Positions 45,802 to 55,698 of a stretch of DNA of 64,000 nt are shown piece by piece. The notes under the pieces were generated by a model. That model saw only the letters and a list, made by a program, of their open reading frames with translations. It was not told where the DNA came from and did no database searches. The DNA comes from an uncultured virus (IMG/VR IMGVR_UViG_3300015608_004663) (taxonomy: Duplodnaviria; Heunggongvirae; Uroviricota; Caudoviricetes): IMG/VR virus record IMGVR_UViG_3300015608_004663; one strand, given 5' to 3'. Position numbers and translations under genes: made by a program. Every line of letters starts with the position of its first letter. Positions within the stretch are counted from its first letter, which is position 1.

Positions 45802-46674
45802 TCACAGTGCTTTTCTCTTTCCAGAATTAAACGCTCTGTCAGTGACAGCTGACATCGCTAGCACTTCAGAAAAATCAATTCCTGGAAACTCTTTACTGAC
45901 GAAACCCCTAACAGCTGATATAACATCTGAGCACTCATGAAGTGCCATAACTCTGATTCCTTGTTGCATCGAATCCAGTACTTCTAGTGCTTCTTCAACT
46001 ATCTTGTCTGCTGTGCCGTGCGCTCCTTTCACAAACTCACGAGTGTGATAGCTGGGATTTTGTGAAATTTGCGCAGAAGTAAACTGACTGTTAGCTATTG
46101 TTTGACAGCTCATAACAATTCTTTCTTCAATCGCTATCACATCATCAAGCGTCAAGTGAGCAGCGCGAAGCGCAGCGCTCAAAGACATGCGCAAAAGATC
46201 TTCTGATGGAGGATTGTGTTCTTTTGGAGATTCAGATCCAATTCTTGCAAAGATTCGTGAGTGTCCCTCATCTTGCTTCAGTTTTCTGAAAAGCGTTATA
46301 GCGAACACAGCATCAGTAGCGTGTATTGCTGATGATTCCATGAAGTATGATTCACCGCGTCTAACAATTTTTTTAGCTTTACATTTTAGATCAACTCTTC
46401 GATTCGTAGCTCGAGGCAAAGGTTGTTTGCAAAAACTGCTAACACACTCAGCAGCGTGCTCAACATACTGACCACTATCAGACTGCACTGCTTCATATTC
46501 GATGTTGATCATCTCACCAGCAAGACACACGCTTTGAAACGAAAATGGATGATCGTGAATATCAGCATCGCTTCTGATCTGAGGATTCCATGGCGACCAG
46601 ACGTGCAATCTGCTGCCAAGCGGTAGCGCAACTTTCAGAAAGCCATTTTGGTGCTGCGTAATAGACAAATGCAT
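45802..46674 (-). CDS. Cupin-like domain fused to a MazG-like helical domain
   Basis: IHDHPFSFQS; KIVEEALE...ECSDV. Confidence 0.6.
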   Translation of the reverse strand: MHLSITQHQNGFLKVALPLGSRLHVWSPWNPQIRSDADIHDHPFSFQSVCLAGEMINIEYEAVQSDSGQYVEHAAECVSSFCKQPLPRATNRRVDLKCKAKKIVRRGESYFMESSAIHATDAVFAITLFRKLKQDEGHSRIFARIGSESPKEHNPPSEDLLRMSLSAALRAAHLTLDDVIAIEERIVMSCQTIANSQFTSAQISQNPSYHTREFVKGAHGTADKIVEEALEVLDSMQQGIRVMALHECSDVISAVRGFVSKEFPGIDFSEVLAMSAVTDRAFNSGKRKAL

Positions 46675-47069
46675 CAATACATTCCTCCGTATGTTTGAGA
46701 GTGACCGATTAATTCGTACGGACAAGTCGGAGCACACTGCTGCTTGTTATCTTTAAAACTCCAAAAGCGCTCACAACCACGACACACAGTGTAATCAGCG
46801 TGATATTCCCAGCGCCATTTTAACGTCATGCACTGTGCGTCAGCGCCGCAGTGCGCGCAAGTAACAATCGCAGCTTTCTGTTCATCTTTGTGATGATAAA
46901 CATAAGTGCTGTGATTTTTTGGGCAGATGTAAACATCTGCTTGAAACACAATAGAAACTTGCTGATCTAGAATAGCAAGATTAACTGTGACAGAGTGCTT
47001 ATCAAATTTTTGCGGTCTTAATCTGTTTAAGATTTTATCAGGAATTTGAACTGTTACGCTGATGGGCAT
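46674..47069 (-). CDS. Zn-ribbon protein
   Basis: CAHC, CRGC. Confidence 0.6.
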   Translation of the reverse strand: MPISVTVQIPDKILNRLRPQKFDKHSVTVNLAILDQQVSIVFQADVYICPKNHSTYVYHHKDEQKAAIVTCAHCGADAQCMTLKWRWEYHADYTVCRGCERFWSFKDNKQQCAPTCPYELIGHSQTYGGMY

Positions 47070-47072
47070 GCA

Positions 47073-47654
47073 TCACACATTCAACTGCTTGTTCAATGAT
47101 TGTGAAAATCTTGGTTCTGCTAATCCAGTCCCGTATGACCATTCATACTTAACGCCGTCAATGATGACACGTCTTGAACCGTATGAACCAACTTCAATCT
47201 GATCTGAGCGCATGATTATATCTGTACCAATATCTGTGTCAGATTCAATTGTGCGCAATCCTTCTGATGTAAAAAATTCTTGCGCACACCTAAGAAGCGA
47301 TCTGTAAGATTCAGAATCGAAACTGAACAACTCTATCTTAAAAAAATCTTTAAAATGAATGTCATCTGATTCGTTGTCTCTGAAACATGGCGACGCAGAC
47401 ACGTAAGACGTGCCACGCGGGAGCGAATCAGATAGCAACAATTGCAAGAATCCAGACTCTGCTGATCCCACCAACACTTTGCATGGATCAGCGCAGTCAA
47501 GCGTGAAAGGAGTCGCGCTCGCTGGTATTGTTGCATCAACAACTCGCTTCTCAACGCGCCATGGAGTTTCAATGTATTTGAAACCAGCAGAAACGTAATA
47601 ATCTATAGCTCGAGCGCACCGATTCCAATTGATCGTCTCTCTGATCTGCTCCAA
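47073..47654 (-). CDS. Stand-alone class II aminoacyl-tRNA synthetase-like catalytic domain
   Basis: GFKYIETP (motif 1), CFRDNE...FFKIE (motif 2), GTGLAEPR (motif 3). Confidence 0.7.
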   Translation of the reverse strand: MEQIRETINWNRCARAIDYYVSAGFKYIETPWRVEKRVVDATIPASATPFTLDCADPCKVLVGSAESGFLQLLLSDSLPRGTSYVSASPCFRDNESDDIHFKDFFKIELFSFDSESYRSLLRCAQEFFTSEGLRTIESDTDIGTDIIMRSDQIEVGSYGSRRVIIDGVKYEWSYGTGLAEPRFSQSLNKQLNV

Positions 47655-47655
47655 T

Positions 47656-47969
47656 TTAAACTCCTTTTCTGGTATTTCTTCTTCTTTTGTTCGCGGATTT
47701 TTTTAATTTTTTGACTTCAGCTTCAAGATCTTCAATTCTTTTTTGCAACTTCAGTTTTTCTGGATCAATGCAGTCTGGTTGACGAGTAAGATCGTCAACC
47801 TTTTTCGCAGCGGCTAAAGCTTCATTGTACTTGTTCAGTAACGCTTCCAATTCAGAAAATCTAACTTCTCAAGAGGCGGATCTGTTTGTGGCAAGTGTGG
47901 AAATATTTTCTTTTCCCACGGAATAATCAGTGGTTGATAGTAATCTGAAACCATAGACACAACGCACAT
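47656..47969 (-). pseudogene. Hypothetical phage gene interrupted by a frameshift
   Basis: MCVVSMVSDYY... continues in another frame as ...AKKVDDLTRQPDCIDPEK. Confidence 0.5.
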
Positions 47970-47974
47970 TTGTG

Positions 47975-48949
47975 TTAGCTCCTATTTAACCATTTGCTGG
48001 GTAATGTAATTGTGTAAAATTCACGTTGATCTGAATCAGGAATGTATTTTTGTTTAATTTTTTTGCGATTAGCTACGCCAGCTATTTCTGGGTGACGCAA
48101 TCGAGCGTATTTGCTTATCTCGCAGAAAAGATTCTGACAATCTATAAGCTTTAACTTTCTGCCAAACAGAGTTTGAAATTTTAAATCTCTTTTCTCAAAT
48201 TCACGGTCTTGAGCGATGCACACTTCTTTGATTATGTTTTCTAGCGTTGTTATTGATGCATTTGAAAAGCACTTTGATATTCCATCAATAGCACCCGGAC
48301 CGGGAACGATAAATTCATTCTCATCAAAATCAACAATGTCTGTGTAATTCAGATCAATCGCTAACTGATACGCTAGAAACGGACCAAATGATGGATAGCT
48401 TAGCAACAGCTTGTAAAGTGATTCGAGACTAGTCGTTGCTTTTACTTTTGAAGCAAACCGATCTGTCATCATCAATTCAATCAATTTTAGATGATCTGCG
48501 TGCTTAGATGATTCACCCAATCTCGGCGACGGCATCATGTACGCAGCGCTGTACAGCGCTACGCCAGCAGCTTGCAGCTTTGTTAACACATCAGCATACG
48601 CAGCTCTGTCAAACGATTCATATCTGATATCAATGAACACATCTCTTAAAAAGCGCCACGTTTCAATCTTGTTGAAGAGCTTAAACAGCAAAACTCGAAA
48701 CGTAACTTCTTCAGCGCTTTGCTCGCCTTGTCTGATCACGTCAGTTATCAAAAACTGACTAACTTTATCAGACACTCTGTAGGGATTTGTAAATCTATGA
48801 TTAGCAATGATCGAATCATCTGTCCATGGTGGTGGATCGCCCGCAAGACGCTTAAGCAGAACTGCTTGTCTCTCAGCAGCAAAATACCAATATGAATCAT
48901 AAACGCAAGTTGGTGAAGCACTTTGAATCACAGTCATCAAACAATCCAA
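47975..48949 (-). CDS. aGPT-Pplase/5-hmdU DNA kinase helical-domain family protein
   Basis: YFAAERQ, PPPWTDD, FTNPYRVSD, GPFLAYQ, GPGA, QNLFCE. Confidence 0.75.
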   Translation of the reverse strand: MDCLMTVIQSASPTCVYDSYWYFAAERQAVLLKRLAGDPPPWTDDSIIANHRFTNPYRVSDKVSQFLITDVIRQGEQSAEEVTFRVLLFKLFNKIETWRFLRDVFIDIRYESFDRAAYADVLTKLQAAGVALYSAAYMMPSPRLGESSKHADHLKLIELMMTDRFASKVKATTSLESLYKLLLSYPSFGPFLAYQLAIDLNYTDIVDFDENEFIVPGPGAIDGISKCFSNASITTLENIIKEVCIAQDREFEKRDLKFQTLFGRKLKLIDCQNLFCEISKYARLRHPEIAGVANRKKIKQKYIPDSDQREFYTITLPSKWLNRS

Positions 48950-49161
48950 TTACAGTTTGGCAAAACATCAACTATGACTTCATTTTCAAGCCCAAGAAGC
49001 GCAACGCGCCTGACAACTTGATCATATGATTTAGCAGCTATGATCACGCCTCGATCTTTGTGAACAGCGATACACAGCCCTGGATACAGTCGAAGCTGTT
49101 CATAGAACTTTGCTCTGTGCTCACCGATGCTGTTAACTCGCATTGTTTTCATACCAAACAA
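48937..49161 (-). CDS. Hypothetical protein
   Basis: ORF in operon. Confidence 0.55.
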   Translation of the reverse strand: MFGMKTMRVNSIGEHRAKFYEQLRLYPGLCIAVHKDRGVIIAAKSYDQVVRRVALLGLENEVIVDVLPNCNWIV

Positions 49162-50095
49162 ACGTGGATCTTAATCCGTCTTCTAGAGACACTCGTGGAG
49201 ACCAATCCAGAAGCTTGACAGCTAAAGAAATATCAGGCTTTCTATTTGTTGGATCGTCTGCGGGCCTGCCTAGTGAAACAAACCCCACAGTGTGTCCAGT
49301 GACACTCTGGATTATTGTTCCCAGCTCTTTAATGGTAACCTCTCTTGGATTGCCAAGATTCACTGGTGTGCTTGGTGGTGATTTTAATTCTGCGAGCTTG
49401 ATCAACCCAGACACAAGATCTGATACAAAGCACAGAGATCGAGTCTGTTCTCCGCTACCGTGGATTGGCAGCGGACGATTTTCAAGAATCGCTTTGATAA
49501 ATTCTGTAACAACTCGCCCATCACCGATCATCATCCGTGGGCCGTAGGTGTTGAATATTCGCGCAAGTCTAACATCAAGACCCTGAGACTTAGCGATCCA
49601 CAAGATAGATTCAGCAGCTCTCTTACCTTCATCATAACAAGATCTTGGACCCCAAGAATTTGCATTACCCCAGTACGATTCTGTTTGAGGTGAAAGTTGT
49701 GGATCACCGTATATCTCTGATGTTGATGCATGAATGATCTTGCCACCAGATTTAGCAGCGATCGCAACACAACTAGCAACACCTATGACAGACGTCATCA
49801 ATGTGTGCATTGGCATGCGCATGTAAGCAGGCGGCGCTGCTGGGCAAGCCATGTTAAAAACATGACTATAGTCTGATCCGACTGCGTGAAGCAGCGCATC
49901 TGTCTCTGCTACATTAACTTTTCGAAATGAATATTTTTTTCGCTTTAGCAGCGCTAAGTGATGCGCAGATCGTTCAGAAGATGTTGAAAAATCATCTACA
50001 CCAACAACTTCGCACCCTTGATCAAGTAGAGTATCAGCTAGATGCGAACCAAGAAATCCAGCAGCGCCTGTGATTAAAACTCTAGCATCATTCAT
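49133..50095 (-). CDS. UDP-glucuronate decarboxylase (UDP-xylose synthase)-like SDR
   Basis: GAAGFLGS, ACPAAP, STSEIYG, ESYWGN, YDEGKR, FNTYGPRM. Confidence 0.9.
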   Translation of the reverse strand: MNDARVLITGAAGFLGSHLADTLLDQGCEVVGVDDFSTSSERSAHHLALLKRKKYSFRKVNVAETDALLHAVGSDYSHVFNMACPAAPPAYMRMPMHTLMTSVIGVASCVAIAAKSGGKIIHASTSEIYGDPQLSPQTESYWGNANSWGPRSCYDEGKRAAESILWIAKSQGLDVRLARIFNTYGPRMMIGDGRVVTEFIKAILENRPLPIHGSGEQTRSLCFVSDLVSGLIKLAELKSPPSTPVNLGNPREVTIKELGTIIQSVTGHTVGFVSLGRPADDPTNRKPDISLAVKLLDWSPRVSLEDGLRSTFVWYENNAS

Positions 50096-50101
50096 AATAT
50101 G

Positions 50102-50131
50102 AGTGTACTGCATCAGTGATTAACAGTGCAC
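50102..50131 (-). promoter_or_regulatory. Putative promoter GTGCAC-N18-TACACT
   Basis: Recurring motif 6 nt before ATG 50095. Confidence 0.65.
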
Positions 50132-50141
50132 ATCATATCAA

Positions 50142-50762
50142 TTAAGAAGTTCGACGTCGAAGATGATAGATAGCGCGCTCTCTGTTGTCAGAGAAATTCT
50201 GAAGCAAATTTTCAAGACCAGAAGTCATTGTGCCGATATCTTTCATTGACTTTATGACAAGATCGCAGATGCGATTAAGAAAAAATTCTGCAGCTAAAGA
50301 GCGCTCTGCTAAAGAGTCTGCTTGCGCTACACCGTGTGGTGCGTACATTTCTTGCAGAATCATAGCGATCCCTTCAGCGCGATCGTGAGCATCTACACCA
50401 GCATCAGAGCCCAATCCAACGATTCGCTCTCCAATCTGATCTACGTCGTCAGCTAATTTACTGTACAGAACACCGTACAACTGGTGATCACCAAACGATG
50501 ATTCGCTTTTAGCTGTCCAGTGATTTGTTTTGTGAAGCATCAGCACTGCTTCAGCTACTGTCAGTAGCACAGTCAGTTCTGCGTTTGCAAGCGTGCGCCG
50601 TGCATTCATCATTTTTGAAAATGTTGCGCTTGGATCTCTGCCAGCTAGCACAACATCAGCAGTCAATGATTCTGTTAGAGTGAAAAATTTTTTAGAGTAT
50701 TTTCTGAACATGTTTAACTCTTGTACAAGAACGAAATTGAATTTGGTGATTCTACAATCCAA
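50142..50762 (-). CDS. Dps/ferritin-like protein
   Basis: HW...FGDHQLY...DQIGER. Confidence 0.7.
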   Translation of the reverse strand: MDCRITKFNFVLVQELNMFRKYSKKFFTLTESLTADVVLAGRDPSATFSKMMNARRTLANAELTVLLTVAEAVLMLHKTNHWTAKSESSFGDHQLYGVLYSKLADDVDQIGERIVGLGSDAGVDAHDRAEGIAMILQEMYAPHGVAQADSLAERSLAAEFFLNRICDLVIKSMKDIGTMTSGLENLLQNFSDNRERAIYHLRRRTS

Positions 50763-51610
50763 GACACTTTCGCAGTGCCTCGCAATTTGCTTGTCATTGT
50801 GTCTGCAAGCCTTTGAGCTACTTGCTTCGCAGCACCATTTATTGTCTTTTCAAAGAAAATAGTTTTAGGACCGTCAACGATCACAGAATCATGCTCAGTT
50901 AACATTCTTTGTCGAATCAGCTTTGGTAAGATGCGGGTCTCAACTCTGTAGCCTGATTCATCGCAATCATCTTCACCATCATTCTCATTATCGCAAAGAG
51001 TATCAAGCTCATCTTTCTCTGCAAGTTTTTCAAAGTGTTGGATTGCTTCTTCAAGATAATGAACAACTGTGCTTGTCTGCTGCAATTCAGCGAATTTTTC
51101 TTTCACAGCAGCTTTAAGTTTACTCGGATCAAGTCTAACACCAGAAGTAGATCTGTATGAATCAACTGTAGCTTTGACTGCTAAATTGATCCAATCACCG
51201 CTCGTATCTGGGTAATCTTTGATCAGCCTGTAAGCAATATTGTTGTAATATTCTTTTGAAAGATCTACTAATGATTCTGTTGCCGGAAGCGTCTCACCAA
51301 CTTCTGTCAGCCTGATCTGCGCAGCTTCACGAACAGTTCTAGACGGATCTTTTAGCGCGATTTGAAGATGTTTGCCGCGCGCAAATCTAGCACACATTGC
51401 TCTGACGGCAGAATCTTTGTGTTCTGATAAAGAGCTTGGAGCAACGGCAGAAAATCTTTTAACAGATTTTGGATCAGCGAGCTTGAAAAGGTGCGCGACG
51501 CTTGTCGCTATTCCTTTAACTGGAAGAGTTGTATCAAGAGATGGAATGAGCTTCTCAAGCTCAATAAAATATTTTGATTCTGATAAAACTTGTCGTACTT
51601 TTTTGATCAC
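50714..51610 (-). CDS. Hypothetical protein (HEAT-like segment)
   Basis: Long ORF; DSAVR and DPSRTVR repeats. Confidence 0.65.
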   Translation of the reverse strand: MIKKVRQVLSESKYFIELEKLIPSLDTTLPVKGIATSVAHLFKLADPKSVKRFSAVAPSSLSEHKDSAVRAMCARFARGKHLQIALKDPSRTVREAAQIRLTEVGETLPATESLVDLSKEYYNNIAYRLIKDYPDTSGDWINLAVKATVDSYRSTSGVRLDPSKLKAAVKEKFAELQQTSTVVHYLEEAIQHFEKLAEKDELDTLCDNENDGEDDCDESGYRVETRILPKLIRQRMLTEHDSVIVDGPKTIFFEKTINGAAKQVAQRLADTMTSKLRGTAKVSWIVESPNSISFLYKS

Positions 51611-51618
51611 GATTTTAA

Positions 51619-52134
51619 TTATGTTCTACTGACGTAAACACCCCACTCATCGTGCCATTTTCCGCGCGAGTCAGCGCGCCAGACGTGCACGACTGTTGGA
51701 TTAGCTGGATTTTTCATCAGCTTCATATCTGCTTCTGGCAGAGTTTTGTGACCTTTCTTCTTGTTGCAAGAAAGGCAAGATGTTACACAATTCTTCCACG
51801 AAGTTTTTCCGCCCATGCAGCGCGGGTGCAAATGATCTATTGTGGCAGCTTTTCGCGTTAGCGGTGAGCCACAATACTGACACGACCAATCATCTCTCTC
51901 AAACAGAGTTCGTCGCTGAAATTTTGGCGGACGCTTCGGACCTGGCGCTCGTGATACAAGTCTTGCGATAGCTGGCATCTGTATTTTATCTGATCCGTGC
52001 GCAACAAACACGCCATCCCACAGCACAATAACTTCGATCTTGTGCTTCGAAAGCAATCTCATAACGTGTTTCTTGTTTAAGAAACCAAGCGGCTCGTATG
52101 TTGAGTTCAGCAAAAGAGTCTGATAGTCACTCAT
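51619..52134 (-). CDS. HNH endonuclease
   Basis: CQYCG, TIDH, GG..W.NCV..C..CN. Confidence 0.92.
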   Translation of the reverse strand: MSDYQTLLLNSTYEPLGFLNKKHVMRLLSKHKIEVIVLWDGVFVAHGSDKIQMPAIARLVSRAPGPKRPPKFQRRTLFERDDWSCQYCGSPLTRKAATIDHLHPRCMGGKTSWKNCVTSCLSCNKKKGHKTLPEADMKLMKNPANPTVVHVWRADSRGKWHDEWGVYVSRT

Positions 52135-52137
52135 AGC

Positions 52138-53049
52138 TTAAAATTCTCTATCATCAAGTTGAAAAACAGTCAATCCAACAGAGCGCCAAAATTTGACAAC
52201 TGACACTCTATCATCAAACACAGCTACGATGTTGTAGCGACCGTAGACATGATCTGCGTAAAGATCTGCTTTGACAAATTCATCTTTTCGCAGATCGTTT
52301 TCTTTTCTCATGTGCAGAGTAAGATCTGTTGTCGCAAAACTATAGTGTCTCTGCAAACTGCGAACAGTTGATTCTCTATACAGCTCAGATCTACCGCTCA
52401 TGAATATTGGCTTGATATCATCTTTCACAAGAGACAGAACAACTCTTTGCACTGCAGGACAGGGAACATCTACTACATCGCAATTTGTTGCATCGTAAGG
52501 ATTTCTATCACCAATGATCATCGCAGTTCCATCAAGATCTATGATGACAGCGTCTTGCAATGATGCATCTTGCGAAGATGGTTGTCTTTCTTTTCTAGCG
52601 GGAAAGATCTCAATGATATCTTCTGGCCAGCCAGATGACCATTGTGATTTTTTCCACATTCTCATGATAACGTTTTCACCAACTGAAAACTGCGGTGCGC
52701 GAGCAGCGTCTCTAGCAATGCACTCAGTGGGACCAACTTTAAACAATCTTGTGCTTAATTTCACGTTTCCAACTTGGTGGGCGATAGCTCTGTATACATC
52801 GATGTCTCGCTCAAGAATGTGAGTGCAATCTGCAATGACATCTACGCCAGCAAAAAGCATTTTTCGAATCGCGTCTACGAACAATGAATGAACAAGATTC
52901 TCATTATCACCAGATTTCACTCCAAGCATCAATCTAATATCATCTTTAGATGCTCTGTAAACTGTGGGTGAGCACATCTGCTTCGCAACTGTAGATTTAC
53001 CGCTGCCTGGCAGTCCTCTGAAAATTATGAGATTTTTCATCTGATTCAC
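52138..53049 (-). CDS. pseT: Polynucleotide 5'-kinase/3'-phosphatase (T4 PseT-like)
   Basis: GLPGSGKS, DLDGT, SGR, FDDR. Confidence 0.9.
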   Translation of the reverse strand: MNQMKNLIIFRGLPGSGKSTVAKQMCSPTVYRASKDDIRLMLGVKSGDNENLVHSLFVDAIRKMLFAGVDVIADCTHILERDIDVYRAIAHQVGNVKLSTRLFKVGPTECIARDAARAPQFSVGENVIMRMWKKSQWSSGWPEDIIEIFPARKERQPSSQDASLQDAVIIDLDGTAMIIGDRNPYDATNCDVVDVPCPAVQRVVLSLVKDDIKPIFMSGRSELYRESTVRSLQRHYSFATTDLTLHMRKENDLRKDEFVKADLYADHVYGRYNIVAVFDDRVSVVKFWRSVGLTVFQLDDREF

Positions 53050-53086
53050 ATCTTTCGCAATCTGATCAAATTCTTTCTAAGAATTG

Positions 53087-53755
53087 TTAATCATGCCAAA
53101 CAAGCATCTCACAATTTTTTGGTGTGACAGTCTTAACACACTGCTCAAGACTCATGTCTTCAAGCAGCGCTGCCAGAGCTCTCATAGTCCCACCGTGAGA
53201 AAAAATGATCAAATTTCTTTTATTTGGAAAATTAAGCGCTAGATCGTGAAAGAATAATGATAAACGATTGTAAACATCAGCTAAAGATTCACCGCCGGGT
53301 GGTCTGTAGAAAAAATCTCCAAGAAGTTCTTGGTGCTGTTTGGTGTATGAAAACTGCACATCGTACTCTGATTGCAGCATATCATATGCGTATCCTGCGT
53401 CTCGCTCTCGCAGTCTGATATCACGCACTCTATCTGAGTGCAGAGCGCTAGAAATGTGCTTAGTTGCTAGCTCAGCTGTTTGCTCACAGCGCAGAAATCC
53501 ACTTGTGCACAACGTCAGCGAACCAGGTGAATCAAGCAGATTCAAACCCAAACCAGATATCTTTGCGCGAAGATGCTCACTCAATTCAGTAGCTTGCTTA
53601 ACACCGTTCTCTGATAGAGGAATCAACCAATCTGGTGCAGATGCAGCGCCAGCTTTCAACTGTTCGGTTGTGAGTGGCGCACCACCCTTCTTCAAAGCAT
53701 TTCTTATTGATTCTGCGTGTCTGATAGCAATCACGGTTCTAAGATTGTATTTCAT
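53087..53755 (-). CDS. Histidine phosphatase family protein
   Basis: RHAES, GGES, SHGG. Confidence 0.9.
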   Translation of the reverse strand: MKYNLRTVIAIRHAESIRNALKKGGAPLTTEQLKAGAASAPDWLIPLSENGVKQATELSEHLRAKISGLGLNLLDSPGSLTLCTSGFLRCEQTAELATKHISSALHSDRVRDIRLRERDAGYAYDMLQSEYDVQFSYTKQHQELLGDFFYRPPGGESLADVYNRLSLFFHDLALNFPNKRNLIIFSHGGTMRALAALLEDMSLEQCVKTVTPKNCEMLVWHD

Positions 53756-53835
53756 GATTTATGGTATCATGAGCTCAACTGCAATTGCTCAGATTGTTCT
53801 GGGAGAAGAATGTTGATAAAACTTCAAAAAATAAT

Positions 53836-54204
53836 CTAGTATCCAGCGTTAATTCTGTTAACGTTAACTTCGCCCTTGCGAAGGTAAGCATCGCAAAGCT
53901 CTTGAGCAGACACAGAAGATACAATGCAAAGTTCGATGAAAAAATGAAAATGATCAGCTAATTCTTCAACGTATTTTTCTCGATCAAACTCTGTGATCTC
54001 TGTCATTCTGTGCTGCTTTGAATTCTTCAGGTGCTGAATAGCTTCATGAAGTTCATCCATCGCATCATGAGCAATGTCTTTGCAAAGCTTTTGTCCTTGC
54101 TTTGTCAAGATATCAACTGGAAACTCTGGGAAAAGTTTCTTTGAACGAAGAAGCTGCATAAATTGCAGTTGCTGATCAAAAAGCGAGCGCATATCTGTTG
54201 ACAT
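53836..54204 (-). CDS. All-alpha NTP pyrophosphatase (dimeric dUTPase/dCTPase-like)
   Basis: DELHE, EELAD..HF, YLRK..VN..R..GY. Confidence 0.8.
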   Translation of the reverse strand: MSTDMRSLFDQQLQFMQLLRSKKLFPEFPVDILTKQGQKLCKDIAHDAMDELHEAIQHLKNSKQHRMTEITEFDREKYVEELADHFHFFIELCIVSSVSAQELCDAYLRKGEVNVNRINAGY

Positions 54205-54206
54205 GA

Positions 54207-54431
54207 TTACCTCAGTGCGTCTATCTCAGATAGCATCTTGTTGTAATGATCTTTCACAAGATCAAGATAGCCATCTGCTAGAGTCACGCTTGATCCATCA
54301 ACTTTTAGTTGAATTGTGCGAAGAAGATCTGTAATATCAGTTCCAGTCAAGATCGCTTCTTGCAAGATCTGCGCAATCCGCGCGATGACTGGATCAGCTA
54401 GAGTTAGATTCGATTTCTGTTGCTGCATCAA
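54207..54431 (-). CDS. Hypothetical protein
   Basis: ORF in operon. Confidence 0.65.
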   Translation of the reverse strand: MMQQQKSNLTLADPVIARIAQILQEAILTGTDITDLLRTIQLKVDGSSVTLADGYLDLVKDHYNKMLSEIDALR

Positions 54432-55078
54432 GGATTCACCTCTTTCTTTGTTAGTGTTGACAGATACATCATTATGTGATCGTTTAACACAGATCTGATA
54501 TTGTCAGATACGTCTGCAATAGTTCCATCTGCGCTCACTGCGATTACGCTTTTGTTATCACAAAATTGTGTGTACAAGCGTTTCACTCGATCTTGCAAAG
54601 TAACATCTGCTTCATACGAATCTTGAGCGCTGCGTGAAAGACGCTCATCACTTGATCTAGTCAGCACTACACTGATATCTGGTTCTCGAAGAACGCTGCC
54701 AAGTGTTTTGATCAATGAAATTGATAAACCGCTTGCTGCTCCATACACAACAGATGATAGGTGCCACCTATCAAAGATTATGATATCTTCTTTTGCAAAG
54801 AGCAGTCTTGTCTGACAAATCAATTTATTCAAAAGCTGCAGAAGCTGAAACAGCAGGGGATGACGAACAGCAGCGCCAGAGAATAACATATGATAGATGA
54901 TCTTGTGTGTAACATGATCATTGAACGGAGTTTTGATCGCTAGTGCAGATACACCAGCTTCAGTCAAACTACGATGCAAAATTTTTGCTTGCGTAGTTTT
55001 ACCCGTCATATCACATCCTTCAAAAGCAATAATCAATTTTTTATTGAGCATCAGTTTGTCTCGCGTTAGTGTCATCAT
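54428..55078 (-). CDS. tmk: Thymidylate kinase
   Basis: FEGCDMTGKTTQ, DRW..S..VY, PD. Confidence 0.85.
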   Translation of the reverse strand: MMTLTRDKLMLNKKLIIAFEGCDMTGKTTQAKILHRSLTEAGVSALAIKTPFNDHVTHKIIYHMLFSGAAVRHPLLFQLLQLLNKLICQTRLLFAKEDIIIFDRWHLSSVVYGAASGLSISLIKTLGSVLREPDISVVLTRSSDERLSRSAQDSYEADVTLQDRVKRLYTQFCDNKSVIAVSADGTIADVSDNIRSVLNDHIMMYLSTLTKKEVNP

Positions 55079-55691
55079 TTGATTCTAATGCAGCGCTCTG
55101 AAGAGAGGTAGAATCATCAAATTCTATCAAGTCTGATATAACAACCCTGATATCAGAAAAATCAAGTTCATCACCAGTGCAGATCCAACCAGGTCTCTGA
55201 CGTCTAGCAAACATTTCAAGCTTGTTTGCATTGGGGAACATCAAATCAAGAGAGTCCTGAAGCGCTTCTGGCTTCTTAGAGTGACCCTGATTAACAGCAA
55301 GGCAAGCAGACCTCTGTCCTTTATTCGCAATAAGGCTCGTGACCCTCCCAAACACACCAACAAGAGCTATCTCATGAGCCTGTCTGAACGTGTGACCCAT
55401 GCCGATTGCAAGTCCAGACATATCTTTTCGCATCTTCACCCAAGCGTAAGTTCCCTTGAATTCAAATCCCCAAGCGTGCAGAACTCGCAAGCCGTCTATC
55501 AGCATTGTGCTTGGAACCCACATAACAAGCATGCATCCAGCAGGATCGATCAGATCTTTAACTTGCAGATTGCAGATATCATCAAGTGTTAGCGTGTTGT
55601 AATTATCATCTGCAGATCGCGCCGTAGCGCTCATTTGCAGTTTGTCATTAAAACTCCACGGTGGATCTGCTACAATCACTCTAAATTTCAT
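55041..55691 (-). CDS. MT-A70 family adenine methyltransferase
   Basis: ADPPW, WGF, WVK, HSKKP, LEMFAR. Confidence 0.92.
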   Translation of the reverse strand: MKFRVIVADPPWSFNDKLQMSATARSADDNYNTLTLDDICNLQVKDLIDPAGCMLVMWVPSTMLIDGLRVLHAWGFEFKGTYAWVKMRKDMSGLAIGMGHTFRQAHEIALVGVFGRVTSLIANKGQRSACLAVNQGHSKKPEALQDSLDLMFPNANKLEMFARRQRPGWICTGDELDFSDIRVVISDLIEFDDSTSLQSAALESNDDTNARQTDAQ

Positions 55692-55698
55692 GTTAGCC

